A program made the translations under genes and the position numbers. This document shows positions 52,744 to 63,063 of a stretch of 64,000 nucleotides of DNA, piece after piece. The notes beneath the pieces were generated by a model. The model ran no database searches, was not told where the DNA came from, and saw nothing but the letters and a program-made list of their open reading frames with translations. How positions within the stretch are numbered: position 1 is the first letter of the stretch; each line of letters opens with the position of its first letter. This DNA comes from Leptolyngbyaceae cyanobacterium (GTDB lineage Bacteria; Cyanobacteriota; Cyanobacteriia; Phormidesmidales; Phormidesmidaceae): the NCBI GenBank assembly GCA_965263355.1, contig CBDHHL010000056.1, positions 2,368,001-2,432,000 on the forward strand. Direction: 5' to 3'.

Positions 52744-53274
52744 GACATCAACGCCTAACTAAGACTGTTTTGATAAACAACATCTCATCAGCTAACGATA
52801 AAAGGGCAGAGATTCTTCGCTATAAATGAATCAATTACCTTACAGCCTCAAAGAGTCGATTAATGTAATGGCCATTTTTTGACCTATAGCTTTTGATGAA
52901 CAGAGATCAAAGCCACTAAAAGTATGAATATGATTTTTTTCACAGTCCTCTGAAGAAAAAACAAACCTATCAGAAACTGGATATTTAAAGCCGTCATCTA
53001 CTTCTAGATAAACCCTGATAAAGCTCATTCAATATATTGCCATTAACAAAATGGTAGATACAAACCTGTATAATGAATCATTAAGTAGAAAAAGTCACTG
53101 TCTAACAATCATAGGAAAGAATGAGAATTCGATAGTTTACTTATAGTCAGGAATTCTATCTTTCCCACCACATTCCCTATGATTATTAGAGGTAAACAAA
53201 CCAGTTTTTGCTATTGCAAAACTCTGGCAAATCAACTTATCCTATTGCACCTAATGAGATACATTTAGTTTCTC

Positions 53275-53736
53275 TTAGGAAGGAGTTGCGGTAACTGTTA
53301 CTTCGAACTCATAATCAGCAGCGGGAAGAAGCGCTCCACCTTGATCGACCTTAAGATCAACCTCAATTACTTCATCCACAACTGGATCAGGATAGCTAAT
53401 AGGACCAGTACCATCATTGAGCCAAGTCATAGTATTGAATGGATTGAGAGATGGGCCAGCTTTTTTAGTAACAGCAGTCACATCTACTTCAGAAGCACTA
53501 TTACAGGTCAATTCAACAGAGCCTGAGTTACCACCAGGAGCCTTGCTAGAGAGGGCGGTAGCAGGTGTACCAATAGTTCCTAAGGTACCTGGCAGGACGT
53601 TGTCAAGCTCACAAAAGGCAGGAACAGTACCAGTAAATGGAACGTTTGCTGTTGCAGGATCTGCTTTGGCTGTAGGAGCAAGAATTACACTACTTCCAAT
53701 GGCTAAAACAGATGCTAATGCTAAATGCCGAATCAT
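53275..53736 (-). CDS. pilin-like subunit (candidate major subunit)
   Basis: GGAGG RBS; signal ending AKA; NVPFTGTVPAFC...VELTCN; C-terminal IEVDLKV...LPAADYEFEVTVTATP. Confidence 0.75.
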   Translation of the reverse strand: MIRHLALASVLAIGSSVILAPTAKADPATANVPFTGTVPAFCELDNVLPGTLGTIGTPATALSSKAPGGNSGSVELTCNSASEVDVTAVTKKAGPSLNPFNTMTWLNDGTGPISYPDPVVDEVIEVDLKVDQGGALLPAADYEFEVTVTATPS

Positions 53737-54131
53737 AATAATCCTCCAAGGAATCGAAAAACGTTTTAACTGATTTAAACCTCTAAAAAAGAATCTATTT
53801 AATAGGCAAACAGATATTTTTTAAAGGTCTGGTAAAGACTACTTAATAGACAGTCATTCTCCGGAAAAACACAGGGACTAAAATATTAAGAAAAATATTT
53901 TAGCCCCTAATCTTAAAACCCTATTTATTGACAGCAAAAATCACGACTAAAACCCTTAAAGCCGTAATAAAACAAAAATTTTAGAGCCATAAAATAGCTC
54001 AAAAAAAGCTTTATAAAGAAATCAATACCTATTAAATTCACTCACTAAAGCCGTGTTTTTAATAGGTTTTATCTCTTGTTTTTTGATCAATATTGCTATC
54101 TAAGGTTTAACTGTTCCAGAGACACCGCTGT

Positions 54132-54220
54132 CTGAGCGAAGTCGTTCGCGAAGCGTCTCCTTCGGAGTTAACCAATATACCCCAACCAGCGTCCCCTTCG
54201 ACGCCGCTCAGGGGACGCTG
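54132..54220. repeat. REP-like / short dispersed repeat cluster
   Basis: CTGAGCGAAGTCG and imperfect inverted CGACGCCGCTCAG; CTCC-TTCG-GAG mini-hairpin; CAGCGTCCCC...GGGGACGCTG stem at 54187-54220. Confidence 0.6.
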
Positions 54221-54223
54221 ACT

Positions 54224-54808
54224 CTAAGGTGCAACTGTAAGGGTCACTTTATAGGTGTAGGTTCCTGGTGGAAATCCTAACCGCAAATCCTGTGCAGTGA
54301 CGCGCATATCCACCTCTAGAGGAAGCTCGACGCCACGGGGAATAGGCAACGGCGATGCATTTGCACTGGTATTTCCCACAGGGGAGTCAACAAAGGCCTC
54401 AGCCAGGGATACCACCACATTGGGGCCGCCAGTTTGTACCGGCTCATTAACCACTAGCTGGGTATCACCATTGCACGTTAGATTAACCTGTCCAGGCAGT
54501 CCTCCTGACGCCAGACTGCTGAGTTTCTCAGCAATGGGTGACCCTACGGGCACAAGGCGACCAGGATCAGGGGTGTCAAACACACAGGCCAGGTCAACAA
54601 CACCCGTAAAGGGTACATCTACCGACGACGAGGCATTCGGAGCGGTAGAGCTGAAGGGTCTGTCAGCCGTGGTGTTATTAGTACTTGGAGTACTTACCTG
54701 TGCTAGCGCACTGGTAGAAAATGTCGTTGTCAACAGCAGTAGTGACGACGCTCCTAAGAAACTTTTTATCAGTGCTGGGATTGTTAGACAATGCGGTTGG
54801 CTAGTCAT
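54224..54808 (-). CDS. pilin-like subunit with Ser/Thr-rich N-terminal extension
   Basis: Signal ending ALA; DVPFTGVVDLAC...VNLTCN; LEVDMRV...FPPGTYTYKVTLTVAP. Confidence 0.75.
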   Translation of the reverse strand: MTSQPHCLTIPALIKSFLGASSLLLLTTTFSTSALAQVSTPSTNNTTADRPFSSTAPNASSSVDVPFTGVVDLACVFDTPDPGRLVPVGSPIAEKLSSLASGGLPGQVNLTCNGDTQLVVNEPVQTGGPNVVVSLAEAFVDSPVGNTSANASPLPIPRGVELPLEVDMRVTAQDLRLGFPPGTYTYKVTLTVAP

Positions 54809-55105
54809 ACAAACTCTTTCCTATTTTCTAAACTGTTGCGTAGCATGCTCTACTACTCAGCACATTCCAGGTAATGGATAGTCTCTGTAGTACACAAAAA
54901 TGCAGCTGAGCCCAGAGCACTACTGCCCCTGATTAAAGCCATCATCAGATGAACATGTGTGAATGGTTAGCCTACAGTTATGCAAATGTTGAAGCCATTA
55001 GCATCAATGCCAATACCATTGGCAGATGATTGACACCCCAAAAAGCTAAATTGAATGGCCCCTGCTAAGGACAATTAAAAACTTGTGCGACTCCGAGTAA
55101 GCCCT

Positions 55106-55519
55106 TTAATCTGTCAACACAGTAAACCTGTAGCGATAGTCACCCGCTGGAAAATCAACAGGTCGCCTGACTCGGATATCGACTTCGACCTGGGTGAACC
55201 CAGGCGGCAACGCTAAACGATCACCACTACTGCCTCGGCGACCGGCTGCGTTCACTTCTATATCATGATTTGTGCCCGCAGGATCAGGTGCTGGCCCAGA
55301 GGCCATGCTGGCCGAAAGTACCTGCAAGTTAATCGGCTCATCACTCCAAATTTCAAGGACAGCGGGGGCTGCTGTCTCCAAGACCTGTGGGTCGTAGGGA
55401 TCAATCTCTAAAAGGCCGCTATTAATCACCCGAATCGTAGATTCTGCATAGGCTGGAGAGAGTATGCCTAAGACGGGGGCGAAAAGTACGACCGCCAAGG
55501 GGAACACAAGGCGTAACAT
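55106..55519 (-). CDS. pilin-like subunit lacking the N-terminal VPFTG/Cys motif
   Basis: GAGGAG RBS; signal ending AYA; VEVDIRV...FPAGDYRYRFTV matches the paralogue C-termini. Confidence 0.68.
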   Translation of the reverse strand: MLRLVFPLAVVLFAPVLGILSPAYAESTIRVINSGLLEIDPYDPQVLETAAPAVLEIWSDEPINLQVLSASMASGPAPDPAGTNHDIEVNAAGRRGSSGDRLALPPGFTQVEVDIRVRRPVDFPAGDYRYRFTVLTD

Positions 55520-55939
55520 GTTAACTCCTCAGGGAACATCGCTAACGGAATCAGACGTTAAGCAGTATCGCCAGAATTGAAGCGCCTACTCTGAAAACGA
55601 CCACAATAGATGAGTGTCGTACGTCAGTTAGTACTTCAAAGCCAATGATTTAGATTTTTAGCCGCCATCTGATGTTTTCCGCATATTTCGAAACGGACCA
55701 GTGAAAATAAGTGCTCGCTACTTCAGTAATACTTGACTGAGATCACACATCAGGAATTCTACCTAAACTTAACATTTAATAATGGTAGCTTGATGATGCC
55801 TGAGTAAAGTTACTACTACACCCAAACTGGTCGATGCTTTGCCCATGAGACATAGGAAACAGAGGACAGTCAAACTGACGCTGACCATCTCCAAGAATAG
55901 ATTATAGTATGTCGTACCACACACTTTAAGTTGAGAAAA

Positions 55940-56143
55940 TTAACTACAGGTTGAAGTATTACGAAACTTTGGCAAGGAGAATGAGGCCACAACCACTCCC
56001 AGGAGTTGACCTTCTTCTAAGATCCATCGAGCAATTGGCTGAGGAGTCTCAGCTTGGGCAGCCTGACACATTGAAGACAAAACTTCCATGACATCAGGCG
56101 GATGACTGTTAGTAGATTGAATCACCGGGATAGTGGAGAGCAT
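55940..56143 (-). CDS. small hypothetical protein
   Basis: 67-aa ATG ORF between the LuxR and pilin genes; no motif. Confidence 0.35.
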   Translation of the reverse strand: MLSTIPVIQSTNSHPPDVMEVLSSMCQAAQAETPQPIARWILEEGQLLGVVVASFSLPKFRNTSTCS

Positions 56144-56394
56144 AATCTGTTCTTTTTGTGTTTTTGTGCAACTAAAAGCGCTGACTGTATTTGTTCCAAG
56201 TTAAGGAAACACTTTTAGCTTAAACCCTTACAGATTGCTCTTGGTGATCATTATGGCTAAACGTTGTGTTTTATGTCACATAGCCACTGTGAGAAATTTA
56301 TTTAATGAATCTGCATATCGACTGAAGCTCAATACCTCCAGCCGATATACGGTTATCCATAGGGGTGTAAATTTGGGCACATGATTGCACGTTT

Positions 56395-57072
56395 CTACAC
56401 TAAATGCCGACAGCGACACTCAATATTGCACTTACGAAAAATATTTTTCATATGCTTTTTAACCGTATTTAGCGCAATCACTAACTGCTCACCGACCTGC
56501 CGATAGGAAAGCCCCTGCAGATAAAGCTCCCAAACTTCAGCTTCCCGCTCGGTCAGCTCATAACGATAGGCATCTGCCATGGCCCGGTGATGGGCAATCT
56601 GGGTTAAATCTTCAATCGTGACCAGAATGCATTTTGTCGGCTGATCTGCCCAATCAATCCATTCCACATTGAGATACAGACGAATACCCCCTGGCAGAAA
56701 CGCTGTGTCATAAAGCTGCAGCGTATATTCAGGAAAGTCTTCACAGCTTTCCATCAGGAAATTACGGAGTGTCGTCACCTGCTCAGGTATACCTGTTACT
56801 GACTGATAATCAACAGCACCAAACGCCTGACCTTTGACACCTTTGCGCAAGAGCATACAAAATTCATCGGCCCTAGTCGTACTTTGGAGTAAATTGCCAG
56901 CTTGATCAAATAGGATGAAACCGCGAAATGGAAACAACTGTCCTAGCAACGTTTCAAAAATCAAGTCCAGATTATCTGTGCTGGACTTGACCTCGTTTAT
57001 GCTGTGAACAGATTGGAACACCTCATCCATAGGGGTTGGGAGGTTACTTACGCTTGCGGTACTTAGCACCAT
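56395..57072 (-). CDS. LuxR-family HTH transcriptional regulator (PAS-like N-terminus)
   Basis: LTEREAEVW...GLSYRQVGEQLVIALNTVKKHMKNI; no receiver domain. Confidence 0.9.
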   Translation of the reverse strand: MVLSTASVSNLPTPMDEVFQSVHSINEVKSSTDNLDLIFETLLGQLFPFRGFILFDQAGNLLQSTTRADEFCMLLRKGVKGQAFGAVDYQSVTGIPEQVTTLRNFLMESCEDFPEYTLQLYDTAFLPGGIRLYLNVEWIDWADQPTKCILVTIEDLTQIAHHRAMADAYRYELTEREAEVWELYLQGLSYRQVGEQLVIALNTVKKHMKNIFRKCNIECRCRHLV

Positions 57073-57352
57073 AGTTCTGTTTGCGAAATGGGGAACAAGC
57101 GATCAGCCGTAGTCAATATCTGAATGTCTAGAGGGCAAACTTCAAGTTTGATTGGTTTGACTGATCACACTCCTAACCTACGCAATGTGGCTGAACAGCG
57201 GCGACGAGAGGACTGTAGCGATCGCAATCTGACAGCAGCTACGGTTAAGACCATGGTTGCAGCCCAAGCATAACGTGGCACCCAATAGGGGCATGAGCTA
57301 GGATCAAGCAGGGTGAAGCAGGGGTGAAGCAAAATCATTGCCCCCATAGTTC

Positions 57353-58426
57353 ATGGCATACAGGAGAGGCATTCCCATGAATCCAGGGCTAAAACCAGCG
57401 GATGTTGAGGCGTGGTTTCCATTAGATGTACAAACTAAATACATCGAGCATATTGTGCATCAGCCAGGTTTAAAGATAACCCTCAGACAAGCGACCTATT
57501 TTGTCCGACTGTGGGGCTATGGCTATCTGATGCAGCATGGAATGGACCATGCACCGATCAGTACCCTCAAGCGACAGATCAGTAGCTTTTACTGCTCCCA
57601 CAGCGATGCAGCTGACTTATTTTATACACAGACCCAGGGTACACCACGGGCAGCCGGTCAGATGTTGGACAAGCTAGCCTCTAAAAACTTACTTAAACGA
57701 GGTGAAGCCGATGGTGTGGCCACCCGGCTCAGCTTAAATATTCCCCATGGGTTTGAGCTACCCGAAACAGAGAATGATGATACGTTCTATGCCGATGGTT
57801 TTGACCCTCGTAACGATGCCACCCTAGTCGCTAACATTTTAGAAAAGGTTTATAGCTACGACCCTGAACGACCGGAATCAATGCTCCACAGTATTAAGCG
57901 AGGACTCCGACAATGGGCACGACAATATTCTGAGGGTCTAAGGGTATTACGACGAACATCTACTAGAGAACCGGTTGGATTCGCTGCATTTTTGCCCGCT
58001 CACCCTGACTCAGAAGAGAAATTTGATCTCTCTCCTAGCCTAAGTTTACACCTTAGTCGGTTTGATGAGAGAGAAGAAGATCCGATCAAAATCGCAACCA
58101 AAGGAGAGCCTGATTGTTACACAGTTTTTGTGCGCAGCTGGCAAATTCAGCCCAATATTTGGACCTATGAAAACGCCTGTGAGTTGATCAAAGACTCTCA
58201 GATAACGTTGAACAAAATGCGAGACGATTTCCCCAATCTCAGTGATATTTACACCATCGCCATTCATCCCCGCTCAGAAGACTTTGCCCTATCTCTCGGC
58301 TTTCGAATGACTAAGGCAGATCCTCATTCTTCATTACGCTGGCTTTATATGCCCCTCGACCGATTTCTTGAGCTAGATTATGAGGACGTATTACTAAACT
58401 TTGATTACAGCCATCGCTACAATTAA
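57353..58426 (+). CDS. hypothetical protein (putative winged-HTH plus GNAT-like fold)
   Basis: CSHSDAADLFY...RAAGQMLDKLASKNLL is HTH-like; LRVLR...PVGFAAF...SLGF is GNAT-like. Confidence 0.65.
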   Translation: MAYRRGIPMNPGLKPADVEAWFPLDVQTKYIEHIVHQPGLKITLRQATYFVRLWGYGYLMQHGMDHAPISTLKRQISSFYCSHSDAADLFYTQTQGTPRAAGQMLDKLASKNLLKRGEADGVATRLSLNIPHGFELPETENDDTFYADGFDPRNDATLVANILEKVYSYDPERPESMLHSIKRGLRQWARQYSEGLRVLRRTSTREPVGFAAFLPAHPDSEEKFDLSPSLSLHLSRFDEREEDPIKIATKGEPDCYTVFVRSWQIQPNIWTYENACELIKDSQITLNKMRDDFPNLSDIYTIAIHPRSEDFALSLGFRMTKADPHSSLRWLYMPLDRFLELDYEDVLLNFDYSHRYN

Positions 58427-58533
58427 ACGAGTTCCCTACCTGAGGTGCGGTTTTAAGGTGGTTTACCACACATTCCAAGCCAGAATAGCTCCTTTAAAGT
58501 GGAGTGGAGCAATTCTTATGTACGTAAGCATCC

Positions 58534-58761
58534 ATGAGCCGATCTAATCCACAACCGCCTCGCCCCGTGTTGGCTAGCCAGGTTAAGTCTCAGAAAACCA
58601 CAGGTAAGTTCAAAACTTTTCGTCCCGTGCCTTACCACATCGTCCTTAGTCAAGCAGCACGATTAGAAGCATGGACTCAAGAGGTGGAAGCGTTTAGCAG
58701 CCCGGCAGAAGCAATAGATAGCAACGACTTTGATCCCAAGTTGATGGATCGATACGAATAA
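58534..58761 (+). CDS. small hypothetical protein
   Basis: 75-aa ATG ORF downstream of 57353-58426. Confidence 0.45.
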   Translation: MSRSNPQPPRPVLASQVKSQKTTGKFKTFRPVPYHIVLSQAARLEAWTQEVEAFSSPAEAIDSNDFDPKLMDRYE

Positions 58762-59041
58762 TTACCATAGTTTGTCAAGAAATATCTCTTGAAGTAATTA
58801 TTCTTGAGCCAAAGCTGCTAGAAATTTATCCACTGCGTCAAACTAATCGCGATAGGTAACGAACACGTTTGGCACGTAGATAGGCTTCCAATAACATCAC
58901 GTTAGTGATATCTACTTGGTGCCGTTGTCCTTAGGGATTGCCCCTACGGACTGATGCATTGCCCTCAGATTTAGGAACAGACAGCAAAGCCATGCTAATT
59001 CTAGCTCTGCTGCCTGCTTGAGTGTGGTTTAGCGTTGTGGT

Positions 59042-61027
59042 TTATGATTCAGAGCGCAGCTTTTCTAGAACACTCTGGTCTTCCATGGTGGTGGCATCGC
59101 CGACGAGTTCTTCACCGCTGGCCAGGTTACGGAGAAAGCGACGAATGATTTTGCCGGAGCGGGTCTTGGGCAGACCGTCAGCAAAGCGGATTTCGCCGGG
59201 GCGTGCGATCGCACCAATCTCCTTAACCACATGCTGCTTTAGCTCAGCCTTCAGCTCATCGCTAGGACTGTGGGTGCCTTCTAGAATCACAAAGGCAAAC
59301 ACATCTTCACCCTTAATCTCATCCTTACGACCCACCACAGCCGCTTCGGCCACGGCGGGGTGAGACACCAGGGCTGACTCAATTTCCATGGTGCCTAGAC
59401 GGTGACCCGACACATTGAGCACGTCATCGGTACGACCCATGATCCAGAAGTAGCCGTCTTCGTCTTTACGGGCACCATCACCGGCAAAGTAAACATACTT
59501 ACCATCCTTAGGGGGAATATGCTCCCAGTAGGTGCGGCGGAACCGAGCGTCATCGCCGTAGACGGTGCGCATCATGCTGGGCCAGGGGTGCTGAATCACC
59601 AGGTAGCCCCCTTCATTCGTACCAACAGGGTTACCTTCAGCATCAACGATTTCGGCCAGGATGCCGGGGAAGGGTTTTGTGGCTGAGCCGGGTTTGGTTG
59701 CGATCGCCCCTGGCAGCGGCGTAATCATAAAGCCACCCGTTTCCGTCTGCCACCAGGTATCGATGATCGGGCACTTCTCGCCACCAATCACTTTGTGGTA
59801 CCACATCCAGGCTTCTGGGTTAATGGGCTCACCAACGGTGCCCAAAATCCTTAAAGAAGACAGGTCACGGGCATTGGGGTGCTGATCCCCCATCTTGAGA
59901 AAAGCACGGATAGCCGTAGGCGCGGTATAGAAAATGGTGACTTTGTATTTCTGCACCACATCCCAGAAACAGCCAGGGTTAGATGCACGGGGAGCGCCCT
60001 CGTACATCACACTAGTGGCACCGTTAGACAAGGGTCCATACACAATGTAACTGTGGCCTGTAATCCAGCCGACATCTGCGGTACACCAGTAGACATCATC
60101 CTCTTTAATGTCAAAGGCCCACTTCAAGGTCATGTGGGTATATAGGTTATAGCCACCCGTGGTGTGTACCACACCTTTAGGCTTACCCGTGGTACCGCTG
60201 GTATAAAGAATAAACAGCAGGTCTTCACTATCCATGGGCTCAGCAGCACAATCAGTGGAAGCCCCTGGTTTGACATCATGCCACCAAACATCGCGACCGT
60301 CTGTCCAATCCACATCCTGCTTAGTGCGCTGAACCACTAGAACGTTGGTGACAGAGGGCACGGCCTTATTTGCTAGGGCATTGTCTACGGCAGGCTTGAG
60401 CGGCATGGCCTTATCTTTACGGAAACCACCGTCAGCGGTAATCACCACCTTCGCCTGAGCATCATTGAGGCGATCCCGCAATGCTTCAGCACTAAAGCCA
60501 CCAAAGACGACTGTATGGGCAGCACCGATGCGGGCACAGGCCAGCATAGCCACAGCGGCTTCAGGGATCATGGGCATGTAAATACCGATGCGATCGCCTT
60601 TAGCTACGCCCATATCCTTCAGCACATTCGCCATTTGACACACTTCACTATGCAGCTCAGCATAGGTCAGGGTACGAGAGTCACCGGGCTCACCTTCCCA
60701 AACCAGGGCAGGCTTATCTCGGCGATGGGTATCCAAGTGACGATCCAGGCAATTGTAGGAAATATTGATTTGGCCACCGACAAACCATTTGGCAAAAGGA
60801 GGCTGCCAATCGAGAACGGTATCCCACTTTTTGAACCAGTGAAGCTCTTGCTCAGCTAGCTCAGCCCAAAATGCAGCGGGATCAGCCGCCGCCTTATCGT
60901 AAAGAGCCTGATATTGATCAGCACCAGAAACAGTTGCTGCTGCCGCGAACTCAGCGGACGGCTCAAACAGTCGCTGCTCTTGCAGAATCGATTCGATTGC
61001 AGGCTGTGAGTTAGAGGATTGTGCCAT
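59042..61027 (-). CDS. acs: acetyl-CoA synthetase
   Basis: [38 protein letters not shown] at 61027 preferred. Confidence 0.97.
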   Translation of the reverse strand: MAQSSNSQPAIESILQEQRLFEPSAEFAAAATVSGADQYQALYDKAAADPAAFWAELAEQELHWFKKWDTVLDWQPPFAKWFVGGQINISYNCLDRHLDTHRRDKPALVWEGEPGDSRTLTYAELHSEVCQMANVLKDMGVAKGDRIGIYMPMIPEAAVAMLACARIGAAHTVVFGGFSAEALRDRLNDAQAKVVITADGGFRKDKAMPLKPAVDNALANKAVPSVTNVLVVQRTKQDVDWTDGRDVWWHDVKPGASTDCAAEPMDSEDLLFILYTSGTTGKPKGVVHTTGGYNLYTHMTLKWAFDIKEDDVYWCTADVGWITGHSYIVYGPLSNGATSVMYEGAPRASNPGCFWDVVQKYKVTIFYTAPTAIRAFLKMGDQHPNARDLSSLRILGTVGEPINPEAWMWYHKVIGGEKCPIIDTWWQTETGGFMITPLPGAIATKPGSATKPFPGILAEIVDAEGNPVGTNEGGYLVIQHPWPSMMRTVYGDDARFRRTYWEHIPPKDGKYVYFAGDGARKDEDGYFWIMGRTDDVLNVSGHRLGTMEIESALVSHPAVAEAAVVGRKDEIKGEDVFAFVILEGTHSPSDELKAELKQHVVKEIGAIARPGEIRFADGLPKTRSGKIIRRFLRNLASGEELVGDATTMEDQSVLEKLRSES

Positions 61028-61578
61028 AGGTCGTCTTACTAGCGTTTCTATATGCGGTTTTTTGAAGGCTATAGGTTGCAGACGCAACTAAGCCAAAACC
61101 GTCTATGTTTCTCAATATTTTTTGACGTAATGGCACGCAGCAATCATTTTGGTTGGAAATTGTAAATGAAACCTTGTCCAAGTCCAGACCTGTAGTTTTG
61201 CCGTCGAGGAACCTCTAAGTTGAAACTTAGAGGTGGTTTAAGCATCATAAAGAGCGTTGAGCAGGAGTAGACCGATGGAAGCTCCGGACAGTAATCAAGA
61301 GGCAAAAAAGGTGATTTGATACCAAATTGTCTTGGCCTTTTTAGCAACACTTCTGTTGTCTATTAACGGATGTCAAAATCTACCACCATCAATCTATGAA
61401 ATCGCTAAATTATGGGAGACACTTAAAAAACCACACTGGATCAGTATCGGCACCTACATTGGCAATCCCAGTGCAGCCTATTATCTTCAATGATGGTAGC
61501 CTGCCAGCAACTAGATGCTTAGCTGACGCTTCAGAGTCGCCATGCGCCAGCCCTCATCACTGAATAGAGGTAAAGACT

Positions 61579-61944
61579 ATGTCTGATGTTACGACCCTAC
61601 TCCAAAACTACAGTCGCGGTCAGAGAGATTTTTCTGGCTTATCTCTAGCTGATGTTAATCTCAGTCATGTGGATCTAAAAGGAGCAGATCTTAGCTACAG
61701 TGAACTGAGCAATGTGGATCTCAGGCAGGCGAACTTACGCGGTATTGACCTGAGCTATGCCAACCTCACTAAGGTTGATTTACAGGATGCAGATTTACGG
61801 GGTGCCATGCTAATCGGCACTGACCTACGTGAGGCTAGCTTAAAAAATGCCAATCTAAAGGACGCTGACTATATACCGGGAAGCACACAATTTCCTGAAA
61901 CGTTTGATCCTAGACAGGCTCAGATGTGCTCTGTTCAGACCTAG
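61579..61944 (+). CDS. pentapeptide repeat protein
   Basis: YSRGQRDF plus A(D/N)L repeats; GAGG RBS. Confidence 0.9.
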   Translation: MSDVTTLLQNYSRGQRDFSGLSLADVNLSHVDLKGADLSYSELSNVDLRQANLRGIDLSYANLTKVDLQDADLRGAMLIGTDLREASLKNANLKDADYIPGSTQFPETFDPRQAQMCSVQT

Positions 61945-62075
61945 CTCAATTGTATTAGTTCAAGCAGCATTTTTTTGTAAAAGTCAGTGCTTCATCCCCT
62001 CTTGGGAAAATCACCTGGGAATAGATAAGGTACTAATGCCAGGAATTACCCCTATCTTGTTCAAAATATTCAGAC

Positions 62076-62118
62076 GGACCTAGTAGCTAACTTTTGCAGC
62101 TCCTAGGTTCTTTTTTTT
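62076..62118 (+). terminator. Rho-independent terminator
   Basis: GGACCTAGTAGCT...AGCTCCTAGGTTC followed by T8. Confidence 0.65.
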
Positions 62119-62834
62119 AAGGGAAACAGCATAACACCACAGGTACGATTATCCATTTGTTAGAAATAGGCACATCAAATCAAGCGATCGCATCAGAAAG
62201 GTACCCATGGGGGGTCTATCGGGGAAAAGGACTCAACAATACAATGAATCTGTAGCCGAGAGGGAACTAATTATGAAGCTTCCGTATTTTGACCTAAATT
62301 TTTAGGCCAATTCAGCAACTGTCTGCTAAGTACTCAGTACTTTTACAAACGTACTACATTAGGACTATCGGGAGCAAAGGGTAGTCACTATTCGTACTCC
62401 CTAAATCAATTGAGCAAATGATATGCGTCAGCTTAGGGCAAGTTAGTCCGGCAGCTCTAAGTTTTACATCAGGTCTACCAAGGTTTCTTAGGAGATAACA
62501 TAATGTCCCCAGTCCTCTTCATTTCATTACCTTTTGTACTACTGCTTCTTATGTCTCAAGGTGCTGGCACGCATAAACCCCCAAAGGTTAAGGACACTCA
62601 AGAATCAGATTTTCAGGATGGTGACATCATCATCATTCGGAAACAGTCTAAAAAGAAGTCTTAATGATAGGTAAAATGGATAGTAGATGCCCCTGAAGGA
62701 CAGTGTGTTGAGCATTGTGTTTTGCTCTGAGTTAAGAATCAGGGTCTCTCGCAATAATTTCGGCGAAGGATTTGTGATCTTCATCATCTCAACCTGTGTT
62801 CTAGCTCACTCTCACCATTAGGACAAACCCCAAG

Positions 62835-62862
62835 AAAAAGCCCCTACCGTTGGGTAGGGGCT
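62835..62862 (-). terminator. strong Rho-independent terminator
   Basis: AGCCCCTACC-gttg-GGTAGGGGCT with an A-run on the left (U-tail on the minus strand). Confidence 0.8.
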
Positions 62863-63063
62863 CTACTGTGTTGTATCTCTGTTGAGAGGAGAAGGGAGAG
62901 AAAGATTGTGCGTCGTCTAGCTATCTACAAAACGCTAGATGCCTTGTAACTCATACCAAATCTGAGTTCATTAACCCCGATAAAAATACATCAATGCATA
63001 GGAGCAATCCCTTGTGGTTGCTCTGCGATATCGGATGCAAGTAGCCAAGATGTCGTACAGATT

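Noticed and set aside
54297..54881. 194-aa plus-strand ORF
   Set aside because: Antisense shadow of the pilin-like gene 54224-54808, which has a signal peptide and paralogues.
59022..60859. Several plus-strand ORFs inside acs, and similar shadow ORFs in leuB, accD, pilD, cyaC, murG and the usher gene
   Set aside because: They are antisense or alternate-frame to well-supported genes and show no motifs; expected from codon bias.
62605..62787. 60-aa minus-strand ORF containing LSFRGIYY (weakly DUF4278-like)
   Set aside because: The similarity covers only a few residues and there is no clear RBS; not enough support.
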